This document shows, piece after piece, positions 1 to 9,800 of a stretch of 64,000 bases of DNA. Source of the stretch: Terriglobia bacterium (GTDB lineage: Bacteria; Acidobacteriota; Terriglobia; JAJPHL01; JAPKYU01); contig CBDBKE010000004.1 of NCBI GenBank assembly GCA_965206645.1, forward strand, positions 2,112,001-2,176,000, written 5' to 3'. Position 1 is the stretch's first letter, and each line of letters starts with the position of its first letter. The notes beneath the pieces were generated by a model, which had not been told where the DNA came from, searched no databases, and was given only the letters and a program-made list of their open reading frames with translations. The position numbers and the translations under genes are program-made.

Positions 1-1483
1 ACCCGTCAAACCCGTCATTGTAGCCGGCCTGCAGGTGATTGGTCACCGTCGGCGAGATGATATAGTCCCAAGCGTACCGGTGGTTGGTCTGGTTGGAATC
101 GTTAGTTACCGTGGCGCCGTGCGGGAAGGGTAGGGCCCGTTGGCTTGACTGGGGGGTGGGTTTCCGTTGATACGAAGCAAAGACGCTGTGGCTGTCGTTA
201 ATCCGATGATCCAATCTCAGGATAAGTTTATAAAACGACCGTTGCGGGTTGTTTTGCTCCAGGAAATTGTTGAAATCGCCCGGACGGTTAGGAGTTGCCA
301 GAAAACCATTGATGTTCCTCGATACGGCACTGATCCGGTCGGCCGGGATTATGTTTCCCGGGAACGGGTCGCGCGTGAACCCACCTTGCCCGTCGTCCCG
401 GGTAGTTGCCGGGTCGAAGACCTGGTTCGCAAAGTAGGGAGTCCCCGCGATCGGATCACCCAGTATCGAAGAAAGATCGCCGCTTTTGATGGCGGCAGTC
501 GGAATCGAAACCGTACTGGTTCCTCCGGCATCCCTTTGTTTCAAGAAGTTCAGATTGACGAAGCCGAAGGTCCTGTCCTTTATGATAGGGCCCCCCAGAC
601 TAAATCCAAACTCGTGCCAGCGGCGTACCGGGGGTTCTGGTGAGAAGTGACCGCTCGCCTCAAAGTAGTCGTTGCGCCAGAATTCATACAGGTTCCCGTG
701 AATCTCATTGGTTCCGCCGCGTGTGATAAAACGTACGGTGCCAGAGGCGGAGAAGGTCTCCACTGAGGCGGTGGACGAAGAGACCGAAGCTTCCTGAACC
801 GATTCCGGCGTGGAGACCAATTCTAGGGTGGTTTGCATGACCCCGGGCCCGGTGTGCAAACTCATGCCGTCCAGGTGCATTTCCAATCCCATGGCCTGGC
901 CACCATTGATTCTTTGGGAGAATGTCGATGAAACGTTGCTGGTGTTCCCGGAGGCTCCATCGGGACGAGCTCTGCCGCCCGAAGTGGTGCCCGGCGTCAG
1001 GAAAATGACAGAAAGCGGCGCCCGGCCCTGGGATCCTAGCTGAATCGGGAGATCGGTCATAATTATGGGAGGAAGGGTGGTCCCGACCTCGGTGGTTTCG
1101 GTTTTCAGGAGTGGCGCCTCCGCCGTCACCTCCACGCTTTCGGCCACCGCGCCAAGTTCCAGCGTGAAGTTTAGGCCCACCACAGCAGCCACATCCACTC
1201 GGACGTCTTGAATGGCGCGCTTGAAGCCGGCCAGCGCCACCGCTACCCGGTAGCTTCCCGCCCCCAGGTTAGGAGCGTTGTACAGGCCGGAGCTGGTGCT
1301 CGAGGTTGTGAATGCGACGCCTGTGGCAATGTTGGTGACTGTGACTGCGGCTCCGGGGACTGCCGCTCCGGTGGGATCCAGAACCGTTCCCCGAATCACT
1401 CCGCTCAAACCAGTCTGCGCTACCGAGTTCAGCGCGAATGCCAACACGAAAACCAAAACACTGATGGCGAGTTTCTTCGTCAT
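1..1483 (-). CDS. TonB-dependent receptor with N-terminal carboxypeptidase-regulatory-like domain (5' part; runs off the window)
   Basis: Manual translation from ATG at 1483: MTKKLAISVLVFVLAFALNSVAQTGLSGVIRGTVLDPTGAAVPGAAVTVTNIATG...LELGAVAESVEVTAEAPLL. Signal peptide plus typical acidobacterial TBDR N-terminus. Absent from the ORF track because no stop lies in the window. Confidence 0.9.
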   Translation of the reverse strand, partial: MTKKLAISVLVFVLAFALNSVAQTGLSGVIRGTVLDPTGAAVPGAAVTVTNIATGVAFTTSSTSSGLYNAPNLGAGSYRVAVALAGFKRAIQDVRVDVAAVVGLNFTLELGAVAESVEVTAEAPLLKTETTEVGTTLPPIIMTDLPIQLGSQGRAPLSVIFLTPGTTSGGRARPDGASGNTSNVSSTFSQRINGGQAMGLEMHLDGMSLHTGPGVMQTTLELVSTPESVQEASVSSSTASVETFSASGTVRFITRGGTNEIHGNLYEFWRNDYFEASGHFSPEPPVRRWHEFGFSLGGPIIKDRTFGFVNLNFLKQRDAGGTSTVSIPTAAIKSGDLSSILGDPIAGTPYFANQVFDPATTRDDGQGGFTRDPFPGNIIPADRISAVSRNINGFLATPNRPGDFNNFLEQNNPQRSFYKLILRLDHRINDSHSVFASYQRKPTPQSSQRALPFPHGATVTNDSNQTNHRYAWDYIISPTVTNHLQAGYNDGFDG

Positions 1484-1821
1484 GACCTTCTTCCCATCCT
1501 CTTTGGCGTTAAGTTCAAGTATTGCTATACCACCCGACCGCGCACATATGGTAGGGGAGGCATGTTTTCTCTGTCAAGTGTTTTTTGCTGAATGTTCTTA
1601 AGCCTTCAGTACCACCGTCTGGCAATGCCCTCCTGGTGCCCCCCCCCACACACACACATGCAAGGTGTTCATTTTCAGTAGCTTGGCTTTCTAGATGCCA
1701 TCGCCTTGTCCAGGCGCAAGGTGCAAGTGCTTCAAGAACAACCGGTTAATCGGTACCCGGCTGTGGAGGGGCAGATTCTGTGCGCTCCGGCTCGCGGATT
1801 GCCAGCAAACGCTTGTAGAGC

Positions 1822-1927
1822 GCTCTGGGGCCGGAGCATCCCGACCTGGCCACGAGCCTCAATAACCTGGCGGAGCATTACCACATCCAAGGCAACTACG
1901 CGGCAGCCGAACCGGAGACGTTCCTAA
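1822..1927 (+). pseudogene. TPR remnant (kinesin-light-chain-like TPR repeat)
   Basis: Translates ALGPEHPDLATSLNNLAEHYHIQGNYAAAEP, the same repeat type as 12472..13176. No start codon context. Confidence 0.75.
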
Positions 1928-1953
1928 ACCTTTGGCGACAAGAGAGGACCGAT

Positions 1954-2020
1954 CTACCAACGCCCGCGTCATCGGCCGTATGCGGGCTTTTTGCGCGTCG
2001 GCTGCATTCGATTGTTATCT
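1954..2020 (-). mobile_element. Degenerate integron attC-like site
   Basis: Minus strand AGATAAC AATCGAATGCAGCCGACGCGCAAAAAGCCCGCATACGGCCGATGACGCGGGC GTTGGTA: AAC...GTT ends and an L''/L'-like stem, about 22 bp after the stop of 2043..2585. Confidence 0.6.
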
Positions 2021-2042
2021 TTCGACAACAGCCACTAAACTC

Positions 2043-2585
2043 CTAATTTAATATTTCTCGAGGAAAGTGCGGATGCAAAGCCTCATATAACCTTGCACTT
2101 CGAATCCTGAGAAGTTCCGGATGTCGAACGCCTGAATCATCCATAGCAGAGCATCCTATGTAGAACATGGATCTGCCGGTCAATGAAATTACAAATCGGT
2201 CCGCGGTGCCGTGGCAAACCTGTGGAAGCTCAAACTCGAACGACACCATTGTTACGGCTAAATTATGTTGATTAATAACTTTGAATTCGTGTTCTTCCAA
2301 AATGGCTGCCGCTGGTTTGAGGATATGAAGAATCTCCGAGGAATCCGTATGGAATTGCTGAACACTCACAACCCGCGCTGGCGCTTTCTTATGCGTTGAG
2401 GCGTTAATCTTCAGCGTAGCTATGGAACCTCGTTCGAGAGATTCCTGTACGTTCTTTCCCCACACCGAAATTCTGTCGATCCGAGCATCGATATCCTGGG
2501 ACCAGGCAATGGGACACAAACCGGGAAAGACAACCAAGAGCATTGCAAAGGCGACGAATGACGTTCTTCCAAGCAGACCAGCCAT
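2043..2585 (-). CDS. Hypothetical exported protein, probable integron gene cassette
   Basis: AGGAGG RBS before the ATG at 2585, signal-peptide-like N-terminus, lower GC, followed by an attC-like site. Confidence 0.65.
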   Translation of the reverse strand: MAGLLGRTSFVAFAMLLVVFPGLCPIAWSQDIDARIDRISVWGKNVQESLERGSIATLKINASTHKKAPARVVSVQQFHTDSSEILHILKPAAAILEEHEFKVINQHNLAVTMVSFEFELPQVCHGTADRFVISLTGRSMFYIGCSAMDDSGVRHPELLRIRSARLYEALHPHFPREILN

Positions 2586-2784
2586 GTTGTTAAACCTCCT
2601 GTTCGTGGTCACCATTTTCCACGGTTAAATGATCGGGTGTAACTTGGTGGGTACGCAGCTCCCGGAGCCGACCCGTACCGCATTCTAGCAGAACCTGACG
2701 CGATCCAAGAGGACCAGGACTAAGAGGGTGGGCTTCGGCGTGTACGCTCTGAAACGAAAGAATTCGCTTCGCATTTGACAGATA

Positions 2785-2812
2785 AGTCCCCACTAGTCGG
2801 TTAGCGTTTACT
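2785..2812 (+). repeat. 28-bp 11-6-11 Xer/dif-like site, copy A (spacer GTCGGT)
   Basis: AGTCCCCACTA GTCGGT TAGCGTTTACT; the motif recurs at 13208, 16372 and 16521. Confidence 0.6.
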
Positions 2813-2819
2813 TATCCTT

Positions 2820-2853
2820 AATCAGGCAGGAACCCCAATCAGGCAGGAACCCC
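2820..2853. repeat. Perfect 17-bp tandem duplication
   Basis: AATCAGGCAGGAACCCC x2. Confidence 0.95.
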
Positions 2854-3133
2854 CGAAAACTGCAGGTGTCAGGACCTGCCGCCTGCTCCTCCTCGAGGGA
2901 AGCGGCGGCAGCCACTGCCTGTCGCTCGCTCCTTCTGGTGCACAGAAAGTAAAAGGGCCGCTTCGTCGAGAAACGAGGCGCGCGGAAAGCAACCAACGTT
3001 CATCTTGGTGGACAAACTGGTGCACAAAACTGCGCCGAATGCGGGATTTCTTTCCCGAATAGCGGTAGGCTTTCCCGAACTACGTTGCTGAATCCAAACA
3101 GGAGAACAGGGGCGAGTATGGTTTATGCATGCA

Positions 3134-3178
3134 CTCCGGAACCAAAGGCCGCAGGTTCGAATCCTGCCGGGCGTACCA
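3134..3178 (+). pseudogene. 3' half of tRNA-Arg(CCG), att-site remnant
   Basis: CTCCGGA anticodon loop, then ACCAAAGGCCGCAGGTTCGAATCCTGCCGGGCGTACCA (T-arm, acceptor strand, CCA). No D-arm or 5' acceptor strand upstream. Confidence 0.8.
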
Positions 3179-3653
3179 TTTAACCCCCCTAAACGCCATT
3201 CACTTAGGCGTTAACCGCCGAGCTACTCAAGCTCCTGGGACACACGCGGCCAGACAAGATCGAGCTGGGAAAGGGATTGAGATCCTCGATGTCTTCTGGC
3301 TCCAGAGTCACAGCCGCGACGTCGGCGAGACGCGGGGGATCGCTAAACCTTCCGATAGAAAGTACTGCCCTCCCATTCCCCATGCCGCAGAAAGACATTC
3401 GTAGTGAGAAGCGCTGCACAGTATGGCTTAGTTCGGTTACAGTGTGTGCCGGATATGCGCCCCTGCTCAACCTCTCCATAGGCGAAAGCGGTTCTTGCCC
3501 ACTCGGGTAAGCCGGGGCTTGCGAGATTTGCGAATGTGTATGTCGAACTTCTTAGTTGATTCTTGGGTATTTTGCTATCGGGCTAGTCCTCCTGGCAGCG
3601 GTGGTGCTGGCCCAGTCGATTAGAGCTCCCAAGCCGAAACAACAAAACGAAGA

Positions 3654-5402
3654 GTGACGGTGACATCCTCAAGCAATAATAAAGTCGAACCACCGACCAG
3701 CCAACCGCCCGGTCTGTTCGAGCGCCTCGACAAGTTGAATGAGTTCGACCGGGAGCCCGTCACTCCGGACCGGCTCGAAAGCCGGCGGCATTTCGCGGCC
3801 GTTTTTGCGGGCGAACACGTCGCCGGTACGGAGTTCGTGATCGGCGCCCTCTTCGTCTCCTGGGGCGTTGGAACCCGGGATCTTGTTCTCGGTTTGTTGA
3901 TCGGCAATCTCCTGGCCGTTCTCGCCTGGACGTTCATCTGCGCCCCCATCGCCGTGCAGACACGGCTCACGCTCTATTGGTATTTGCGGCGCATCGCCGG
4001 GCCGGTGGTGACCACGATCTACAACGTAGTGAACGCCATTCTGTTCTGCGCGCTGGCGGGAGCCATGATCACGGTATCGGCCTCGGCCGTGCGCATCCCC
4101 TTCGGCATTCCGCCGCAAACCCAGTGGTACCCGACTGATCTTCGCTTCGTGTTGGTTGCCATGGCCGTCGGCGCGGTGGTGGTCACGATCGCGATCCTGG
4201 GTTTCAGACGGCTGGCCCAGTTTTCGACGATCTGCGTGCCCTGGATCTTCGTGGTATTTTTTGCCGGTGCCTTGGCCGTGCTGCCGCAATTGACGGCGGG
4301 CACCCCCGAGGTCGGTTCCATCGAAGGTCTCGATGACCTGCGGCGCCTTGCCGACGCGAGCATCTGGGTCGGCCGCGAGGACTCTGATTTCACCCTTTGG
4401 CATGTCGCCGCGTTTGCCTTGCTGGCCAACCTGGCGTTCCACGTGGGACTGTCAGATATGGCCCTGCTGCGCTACGCACCGCGAGCCAGCTACGGCTTGT
4501 TTTCCGCCTGCGGAATGTATATGGGCCACTTCTTGGTGTGGATGGCCTCGGGGGTGATGGGCGCCGGGACGGCGTTGATGCTCAAAACTCCTCTCAGCAG
4601 CCTGGACTCGGGGGAGATAGCGCATCAAGCGTTAGGTCTGGGCGGCGCACTGTGTGTGATCGTCTCCGGTTGGGCGACGTCGAACCCGACTCTGTATCGC
4701 GCCGGGCTTGCCTTGCAAGTGGTCACACCGGGGTGGCCCAGATGGCTGGTCACCTTGCTGGCCGGGATAGCGACGGTCACGCTTGCTTGTTTTCCCTACA
4801 TCTTTCGATACTTGCTCGAGTACGTTGGCACCTTCGCCATTCTCATGGCGCCGATCGCAGCGGTCGTATTCGTTGAGCATTGGGTTTTCCCGCGGATCGG
4901 CTTTCGCCGCTACTGGTTCGGCCAGTCGAAGAAGGTTGTCAACTGGGCGGCGCTGGCTGCCTGGGTAATCGCCGTCGTTTTCTGCTTTGCAGCTTGGAGA
5001 TGGGATCTGATGCATGTGGTGTTCATCGCCATCCCAGGCTGGGGGCTCGCTGCGATCTTGTACACGGCGTTTGCGGCCGTTGCTGGTGCGCGCGGGGAGA
5101 CCTTAGGAGAACTCCACCCATCTGAATCGGTAAGCGCTCCCATACCGGTGGCCGCCGCATCTCCCGCCCACGATCGAGCTGTCAAGTCAGCACGCTCCGC
5201 TTTGCAGATGGTGTCGGGAGTGATCGCCGCCTTGTCATTAGCGGCATGCTTTGCGCTCGCGCTCTGGGTTGGCCTGGCGGGTGAGGAGGAATATCAGCGG
5301 AACCTGGCAACTTTCAAAACATACCTGGCTGTGGCCAGCGTTGTACACCTGACTGCGGCTGCGATTTGGGTCTTGCGCTCCGAACAGTCGGGAGGAAATT
5401 AG
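3654..5402 (+). CDS. NCS1 / purine-cytosine permease family transporter
   Basis: 582 aa with many TM segments; GEHVAGTEFVIGALF and SNPTLYRAGLALQ motifs. Confidence 0.8.
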   Translation: MTVTSSSNNKVEPPTSQPPGLFERLDKLNEFDREPVTPDRLESRRHFAAVFAGEHVAGTEFVIGALFVSWGVGTRDLVLGLLIGNLLAVLAWTFICAPIAVQTRLTLYWYLRRIAGPVVTTIYNVVNAILFCALAGAMITVSASAVRIPFGIPPQTQWYPTDLRFVLVAMAVGAVVVTIAILGFRRLAQFSTICVPWIFVVFFAGALAVLPQLTAGTPEVGSIEGLDDLRRLADASIWVGREDSDFTLWHVAAFALLANLAFHVGLSDMALLRYAPRASYGLFSACGMYMGHFLVWMASGVMGAGTALMLKTPLSSLDSGEIAHQALGLGGALCVIVSGWATSNPTLYRAGLALQVVTPGWPRWLVTLLAGIATVTLACFPYIFRYLLEYVGTFAILMAPIAAVVFVEHWVFPRIGFRRYWFGQSKKVVNWAALAAWVIAVVFCFAAWRWDLMHVVFIAIPGWGLAAILYTAFAAVAGARGETLGELHPSESVSAPIPVAAASPAHDRAVKSARSALQMVSGVIAALSLAACFALALWVGLAGEEEYQRNLATFKTYLAVASVVHLTAAAIWVLRSEQSGGN

Positions 5403-5410
5403 CGAATGCC

Positions 5411-6205
5411 ATGGCCAACTCACGATTAACGAACCAGGTAGCGTGGATCAGCGGCGGCGCGTCGGGGATGGGTGAAGCTACGGCGCGACTGTTTGCCAGC
5501 GAGGGAGCGCGCGTGGCCATTGCTGACGTCAATCTGAAAGGCGCCCGGGAGGTGGCCGGCCGGATCGACTCTGGCGGTGAAAACCGGGCCGTTGCGATCG
5601 AGTGTGATGTGTCCCGTCAGGACGACGTGAGGCGTTCCATCGAGCAGACCGTTGACCTCTTCAACGGGCTGCACATCCTCGTCAATAACGCGGCGGTTGG
5701 CCAGTTCACGCCGCTCCACAAGTGTGAAGAAAACGAGTGGGACCGCGTCATGGCAGTGAACTTAAAGGCGGCCTACTTCTCCTTCAAGTTCTCCTATCCT
5801 CATTTGTGCAAGCTCGACCGCAGCTACGTCGTGAACGTCGCCTCCGTTAGCAGCTTTGTCGCGCAAGCCGGTACGCCTGTTTACACGGTTTCAAAGCACG
5901 CGCTGCTAGGGCTCACGCGGACCATCGCTCTCGACTACGCCGCGGACGGAATCCGCTGCAACTGCGTTTGCCCTGGTATTACCGATACCCCGGGGCTGCG
6001 CAAGCACCTGGAACAATACCCGGACGCCGACAAGAAGCTGGCCGAGCGACTCCGCCGCGTCCCCTCGGGAGAAATCATGACGCCCGATCAGATCGCCCGC
6101 GCGATCCTCTATTTCTCGTGTGAAGATTCAGCCGGCATTACCGCCACTTCGCTGGTCGCCGACGGCGGTTATTTGGCCGCCGCCGAGTGGGGCAGTGGAC
6201 AGTAA
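5411..6205 (+). CDS. SDR family NAD(P)-dependent oxidoreductase
   Basis: SGGASGMG glycine motif, NNAA, catalytic YTVSK, NCVCPG. Confidence 0.92.
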   Translation: MANSRLTNQVAWISGGASGMGEATARLFASEGARVAIADVNLKGAREVAGRIDSGGENRAVAIECDVSRQDDVRRSIEQTVDLFNGLHILVNNAAVGQFTPLHKCEENEWDRVMAVNLKAAYFSFKFSYPHLCKLDRSYVVNVASVSSFVAQAGTPVYTVSKHALLGLTRTIALDYAADGIRCNCVCPGITDTPGLRKHLEQYPDADKKLAERLRRVPSGEIMTPDQIARAILYFSCEDSAGITATSLVADGGYLAAAEWGSGQ

Positions 6206-6267
6206 CGGAGCACAAAAAAGAAGACTCTCCTTAATCTTGCACTTTTTAATCATTCTCAGGGTTGCCC

Positions 6268-7095
6268 ATGAAGCTTAAGCTCTCCTGCGCCGATTGCACA
6301 TTCCCACTTGTAACCCACAAGCAGTCATTGGATCTGGTCTCCATGCTTGGATTCGAGGGAATCGATATTGGGCTGTTTGAGGGCCGGTCGCACCTTCAGC
6401 CTTCCCGGGAGTTCCGGTCACTGGCACGCTCGGCACGTACACTCGCCAGGAAAGTAGAGGATCGCGGACTGAAAGTGGCCGACGTGTTCCTGCAAACGGA
6501 CGTAGCGCCTGAGCGTTACACACTCAATCACCCGCAGCCCCGCCGGCGCGCAAAGGCGCGGGATTGGTTCCTTAGAACGCTGGAGTATGCCAATCGCTGC
6601 AACTCAAAGCATGTCACCTTCATTGCCGGAGTGCCGTTTAAGAATGAGTCCAGATCTGCATCTTACGGGCGCAGTGTGGACGAACTTCCGTGGTATCTCG
6701 AGCAGGCGCAAGCTCACAGCATCGTCGCTGGTGTCGAACCTGGAATTGGCTCGATCGCGGCACGTCCCTTGCAGGCGGAGGAGTTGGTCCGAGATGTTCC
6801 TGGGCTGACCTTAACGCTCGACTACACCCACTTCACACGGGCCGGGCTACCGGACAAGCAGGTGGAGCCTCTGCTCGCCCATGCCAGTCACTTCCACGTG
6901 CGTGGCGCATGTAAAGGAAGACTCCAAGTGAACTTCAACGACAACGTCATCGACTACCGGCGCGTGCTTAGACGGATGAAGGAAATCGGTTATTCCGGTT
7001 GGCTCTGCATCGAGTATGTACACACCGAATGGGAGCGGTGCACCGAAAGCGATAATCTTTCAGAAACCATCCTCTTCCGCGACTTCATCAAGTAA
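6268..7095 (+). CDS. Sugar phosphate isomerase/epimerase (xylose-isomerase-like TIM barrel)
   Basis: VEP, LDYTH, HFHVR and GYSGWLCIE metal-site motifs. Confidence 0.85.
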   Translation: MKLKLSCADCTFPLVTHKQSLDLVSMLGFEGIDIGLFEGRSHLQPSREFRSLARSARTLARKVEDRGLKVADVFLQTDVAPERYTLNHPQPRRRAKARDWFLRTLEYANRCNSKHVTFIAGVPFKNESRSASYGRSVDELPWYLEQAQAHSIVAGVEPGIGSIAARPLQAEELVRDVPGLTLTLDYTHFTRAGLPDKQVEPLLAHASHFHVRGACKGRLQVNFNDNVIDYRRVLRRMKEIGYSGWLCIEYVHTEWERCTESDNLSETILFRDFIK

Positions 7096-7239
7096 GCGAT
7101 GGGAGAAATGTCATGAGACGATCATCCGCGAAAATCCGACGGGGTCTGGCCTAGACGTTTCTGAGCTAGCGACCGGGCCGCACCTAATAGTCTTCCGACT
7201 CGCCGCGCTCTCCGGTTTAAACGTTTCATCGAAAAGCCC

Positions 7240-8136
7240 TCAACTGGCGAGTCCAACGGATCGCAAATGCTCGAGATTGGCACGAGCGTCATCACGCGGA
7301 AGTGTGGCTCCTGCCGGATCGCAATCCTGCTCGACCGTGCCCCAGCCTGAGAAGCCGGCATGGATCAGCGCGGCCTTGAACGCTGCGAAATCAACCTCGC
7401 CCTTGCCCAGTATGCAGAACAGGCCCTGACCGCAGGCGTCATAAAAGCCGATCTGCTTGGCCACGACATGCGCCCGAACCGCGGGGTCGATGTCCTTGAA
7501 ATGCAGATATTCAACACGCGCGCTGTGGCGTGTGTAGAATGCGATCGGATCAAATCCGGCGTAAATACAGTGGCCGGTGTCGAGACAGATTTTCAGAAGC
7601 GAAGCGTCGATCGCATCGAGCATCCGCTCCAACTCGTCCGCGAATTCGACAAACCCGGCGGCGTGGGCGTGTAGCGAAACGGTTAAGCCGAATTCTTCCG
7701 CGCCGATCTTGGCGGCGCTGCGCAGACGATCTTGGAAAGAACTCAGCTCTGCGCCCTTCATGCGCCTCGCTTCAGCAGACCGCCCTGCAGTCGGCGCGCG
7801 CTCGGCTGCAATCGAATCGATCAGCACCATTCGTGGCGCTCCATGAGCGGCGAGCGACTTGCCGGTGCGGCGCACGGCATTCTGCACTTGGTCCCATGCC
7901 GCAGGATCGTGGAACGGCCGGAACACGACGCCGCCTATCAGCGCCAACCCGCGCGATTTCAGGGCATCACCCAATTGCGCAGGATTCTCGGGCATGAAGC
8001 CGATCGGCCCGAGTTCGGTACCCTCGTAGCCTGCCTGCAGGGTTTCATCGAGCACCAGCTCCCACGGCGGATTGCGCGGATCGTCAGCGAATTCCACGCC
8101 CCAGGAGCATGGAGCATTCCCTATGCGAAGTTTCAT
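7240..8136 (-). CDS. IolE-like (myo-inosose-2 dehydratase family) TIM-barrel protein
   Basis: IGNAPCSWGVEF, GYEGTELGP, HAHAAG, CLDTGH, LHFKD, LGKGEVDF, VEQD. Confidence 0.8.
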   Translation of the reverse strand: MKLRIGNAPCSWGVEFADDPRNPPWELVLDETLQAGYEGTELGPIGFMPENPAQLGDALKSRGLALIGGVVFRPFHDPAAWDQVQNAVRRTGKSLAAHGAPRMVLIDSIAAERAPTAGRSAEARRMKGAELSSFQDRLRSAAKIGAEEFGLTVSLHAHAAGFVEFADELERMLDAIDASLLKICLDTGHCIYAGFDPIAFYTRHSARVEYLHFKDIDPAVRAHVVAKQIGFYDACGQGLFCILGKGEVDFAAFKAALIHAGFSGWGTVEQDCDPAGATLPRDDARANLEHLRSVGLAS

Positions 8137-8237
8137 TTTGGTCTCTCGTTATGATCCAGTCCTCTAACGAACGTAGGCAGTGACGCGGGAGGGGTTAACC
8201 CACCTCTAACATAATCTTCAAGTACATGTAATCATTA

Positions 8238-8288
8238 GGACCTTCGACGATCAGCGCCGGTGTAGAGGCGCATCGCCTTGGTATGCAC
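8238..8288 (-). mobile_element. Second, more degenerate attC-like hairpin
   Basis: Minus strand GTGCATACC AAGGCGATGCGCC...GGCGCTGATCGTC just after the methyltransferase stop. An 8-bp inverted copy (GTGCATAC on +, 9031-9038) lies upstream of that gene. Confidence 0.35.
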
Positions 8289-8293
8289 TGGAG

Positions 8294-9013
8294 CTACTTC
8301 ACCTTTTGCCACACGAAGAACTTTTCGGTATCAGTCATTCCCAAGGGTGAGAAACCAGCATCAGCAAGCATTTCTGGAAACACTGTGTGTTTGTAGAATC
8401 CCAAGGTCAGCTTGTCTTCTGCAAGGAGTTTTCCGTTCCGCTTGAAGGAATAGTCCTTCTCGATGAAATAGTGGTCGGAGGTGCCGTTGCGACCCTCAAC
8501 TTTTTGGGAATAGACAATCCCATCGACCAAGTCGATGTCACGGTCTTCGTGGGGCTTCTGGACGCTTAACAACAGGAGCCCAGCGGCATCAAGATGCTCA
8601 GCAACGTTTTGCAATCCTTTGAAGTCCTTTTCACGGCTGAGCAGATGTGTTCCCAGCAGCAACTCTTTGTCCGACCGGATTATGACCCACGTACCGCCGC
8701 TCGATAAGGCAACATCAAATGTGCGGTCAAGGTTCATTTCGGCAACATCGCATTCTATGAGTGAAACTCGACTGGGTAGACGCTCCTTAGCAATCTCCAG
8801 CATCGAGGGACTGAAATCTACGCCGGTAAAATGGTAGGACGAATCGAGTTTACATAGCTCTCGTGCCAATAGCCCCGTCCCCACGCCAAGTTCAAGCATC
8901 CTTCTGCGTTCGCCGATCGTAGCTTGAACGACTCTGGCCAGCGATTCGTGATCATAGTAGCCGGCATCCATCAATAGATCGTAGTATCGGGCGATGCTTT
9001 TGTACTGATTCAT
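8294..9013 (-). CDS. Class I SAM-dependent methyltransferase
   Basis: LELGVGTG motif I, GVDFSPSML, FDVAL; lower GC. Confidence 0.9.
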   Translation of the reverse strand: MNQYKSIARYYDLLMDAGYYDHESLARVVQATIGERRRMLELGVGTGLLARELCKLDSSYHFTGVDFSPSMLEIAKERLPSRVSLIECDVAEMNLDRTFDVALSSGGTWVIIRSDKELLLGTHLLSREKDFKGLQNVAEHLDAAGLLLLSVQKPHEDRDIDLVDGIVYSQKVEGRNGTSDHYFIEKDYSFKRNGKLLAEDKLTLGFYKHTVFPEMLADAGFSPLGMTDTEKFFVWQKVK

Positions 9014-9140
9014 GTTGCTCGCTTCCTCCCGTGCATACGCCTGTAACTGCCTGCAACTTCAAAGACTTCCGTTCCATTCGGCGAAATGCGCCCGGAATCT
9101 TGTTCGGACCGGCTGATCCGCATAATTCCCCGCATCTCCC

Positions 9141-9269
9141 TCAGCTCTCCATTGAAGGATCCTGCCCCATCTGGTCAGGAGGGCTTTGAACCCCTCGTCT
9201 ACCACGGATCAACACGTGTGTATAGTCCCTCGTGATCTTAACGTCCTTGTGCCTCAGCAGCTCGTGCAG
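9141..9269 (-). pseudogene. intI: Integron integrase (IntI) C-terminal remnant
   Basis: Manual translation LHELLRHKDVKITRDYTHVLIRGRRGVQSPPDQMGQDPSMES*, compared with the IntI tail VQELLGHxDVxTTMIYTHVLNRGGxGVxSPLD. Confidence 0.8.
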
Positions 9270-9746
9270 TGGCCAAGGCACCGTCTATCCTCCTCCTCCC
9301 CACTTCGCGAGTCAAGGGGCCCGCGCCGTTCTCCGCTCCTTGGCTGTCGCCGAGATACCGCCTTGTTCTTGCACTGCCCGTTTTCTCTCCAAAACCTTCA
9401 CGCAGGTTCGCCCGTATCTGTGAGGCGGAAGTGGGCTACGAAGTCACGAAGAGCTAATGATGGGGAAGCCCTCGGCGTGGCAATTCCTCCCAGAGCCCCG
9501 ATGGTTTCCGGTTTGTCGGCGGCCCAGACAAAGGAGCAATCACCGTTCCCCTACCAGCAGAGGTAAAGGGGCGTGACGCAGTTCTCCGGCCCGATAGTAT
9601 TCCTCTCTCCCAGGGGTCTGGCGAGCAGGGTGGGAAAGTACCCCTGATGGGACTCAAGGAGGGGCTTACGACTGTTCCGTGTGGACGTTCGTGTGGACAG
9701 AGGGAGTGTTAGGCCAACTGTCGAATTGCTAAGCAAAAGAAAGGAA

Positions 9747-9800
9747 TTGTGGACCTGGCCGGGTTCGAACCGGCGAATCGGCGACCTCCTGACTGCCAGT
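9747..9800 (-). pseudogene. 3' half of tRNA-Ala(GGC) with an internal 8-bp duplication, att-site remnant
   Basis: Minus strand ACTGGCAGTCAGGAGGTCGCC[GATTCGCC]GGTTCGAACCCGGCCAGGTCCACAA: GGC anticodon and U70 identity base. Confidence 0.7.

Noticed and set aside
167-1601. Plus-strand ORFs at 167-1601 and the many antisense ORFs across the window
   Set aside because: They are shadows of real genes on the other strand or frame and have no protein motifs.
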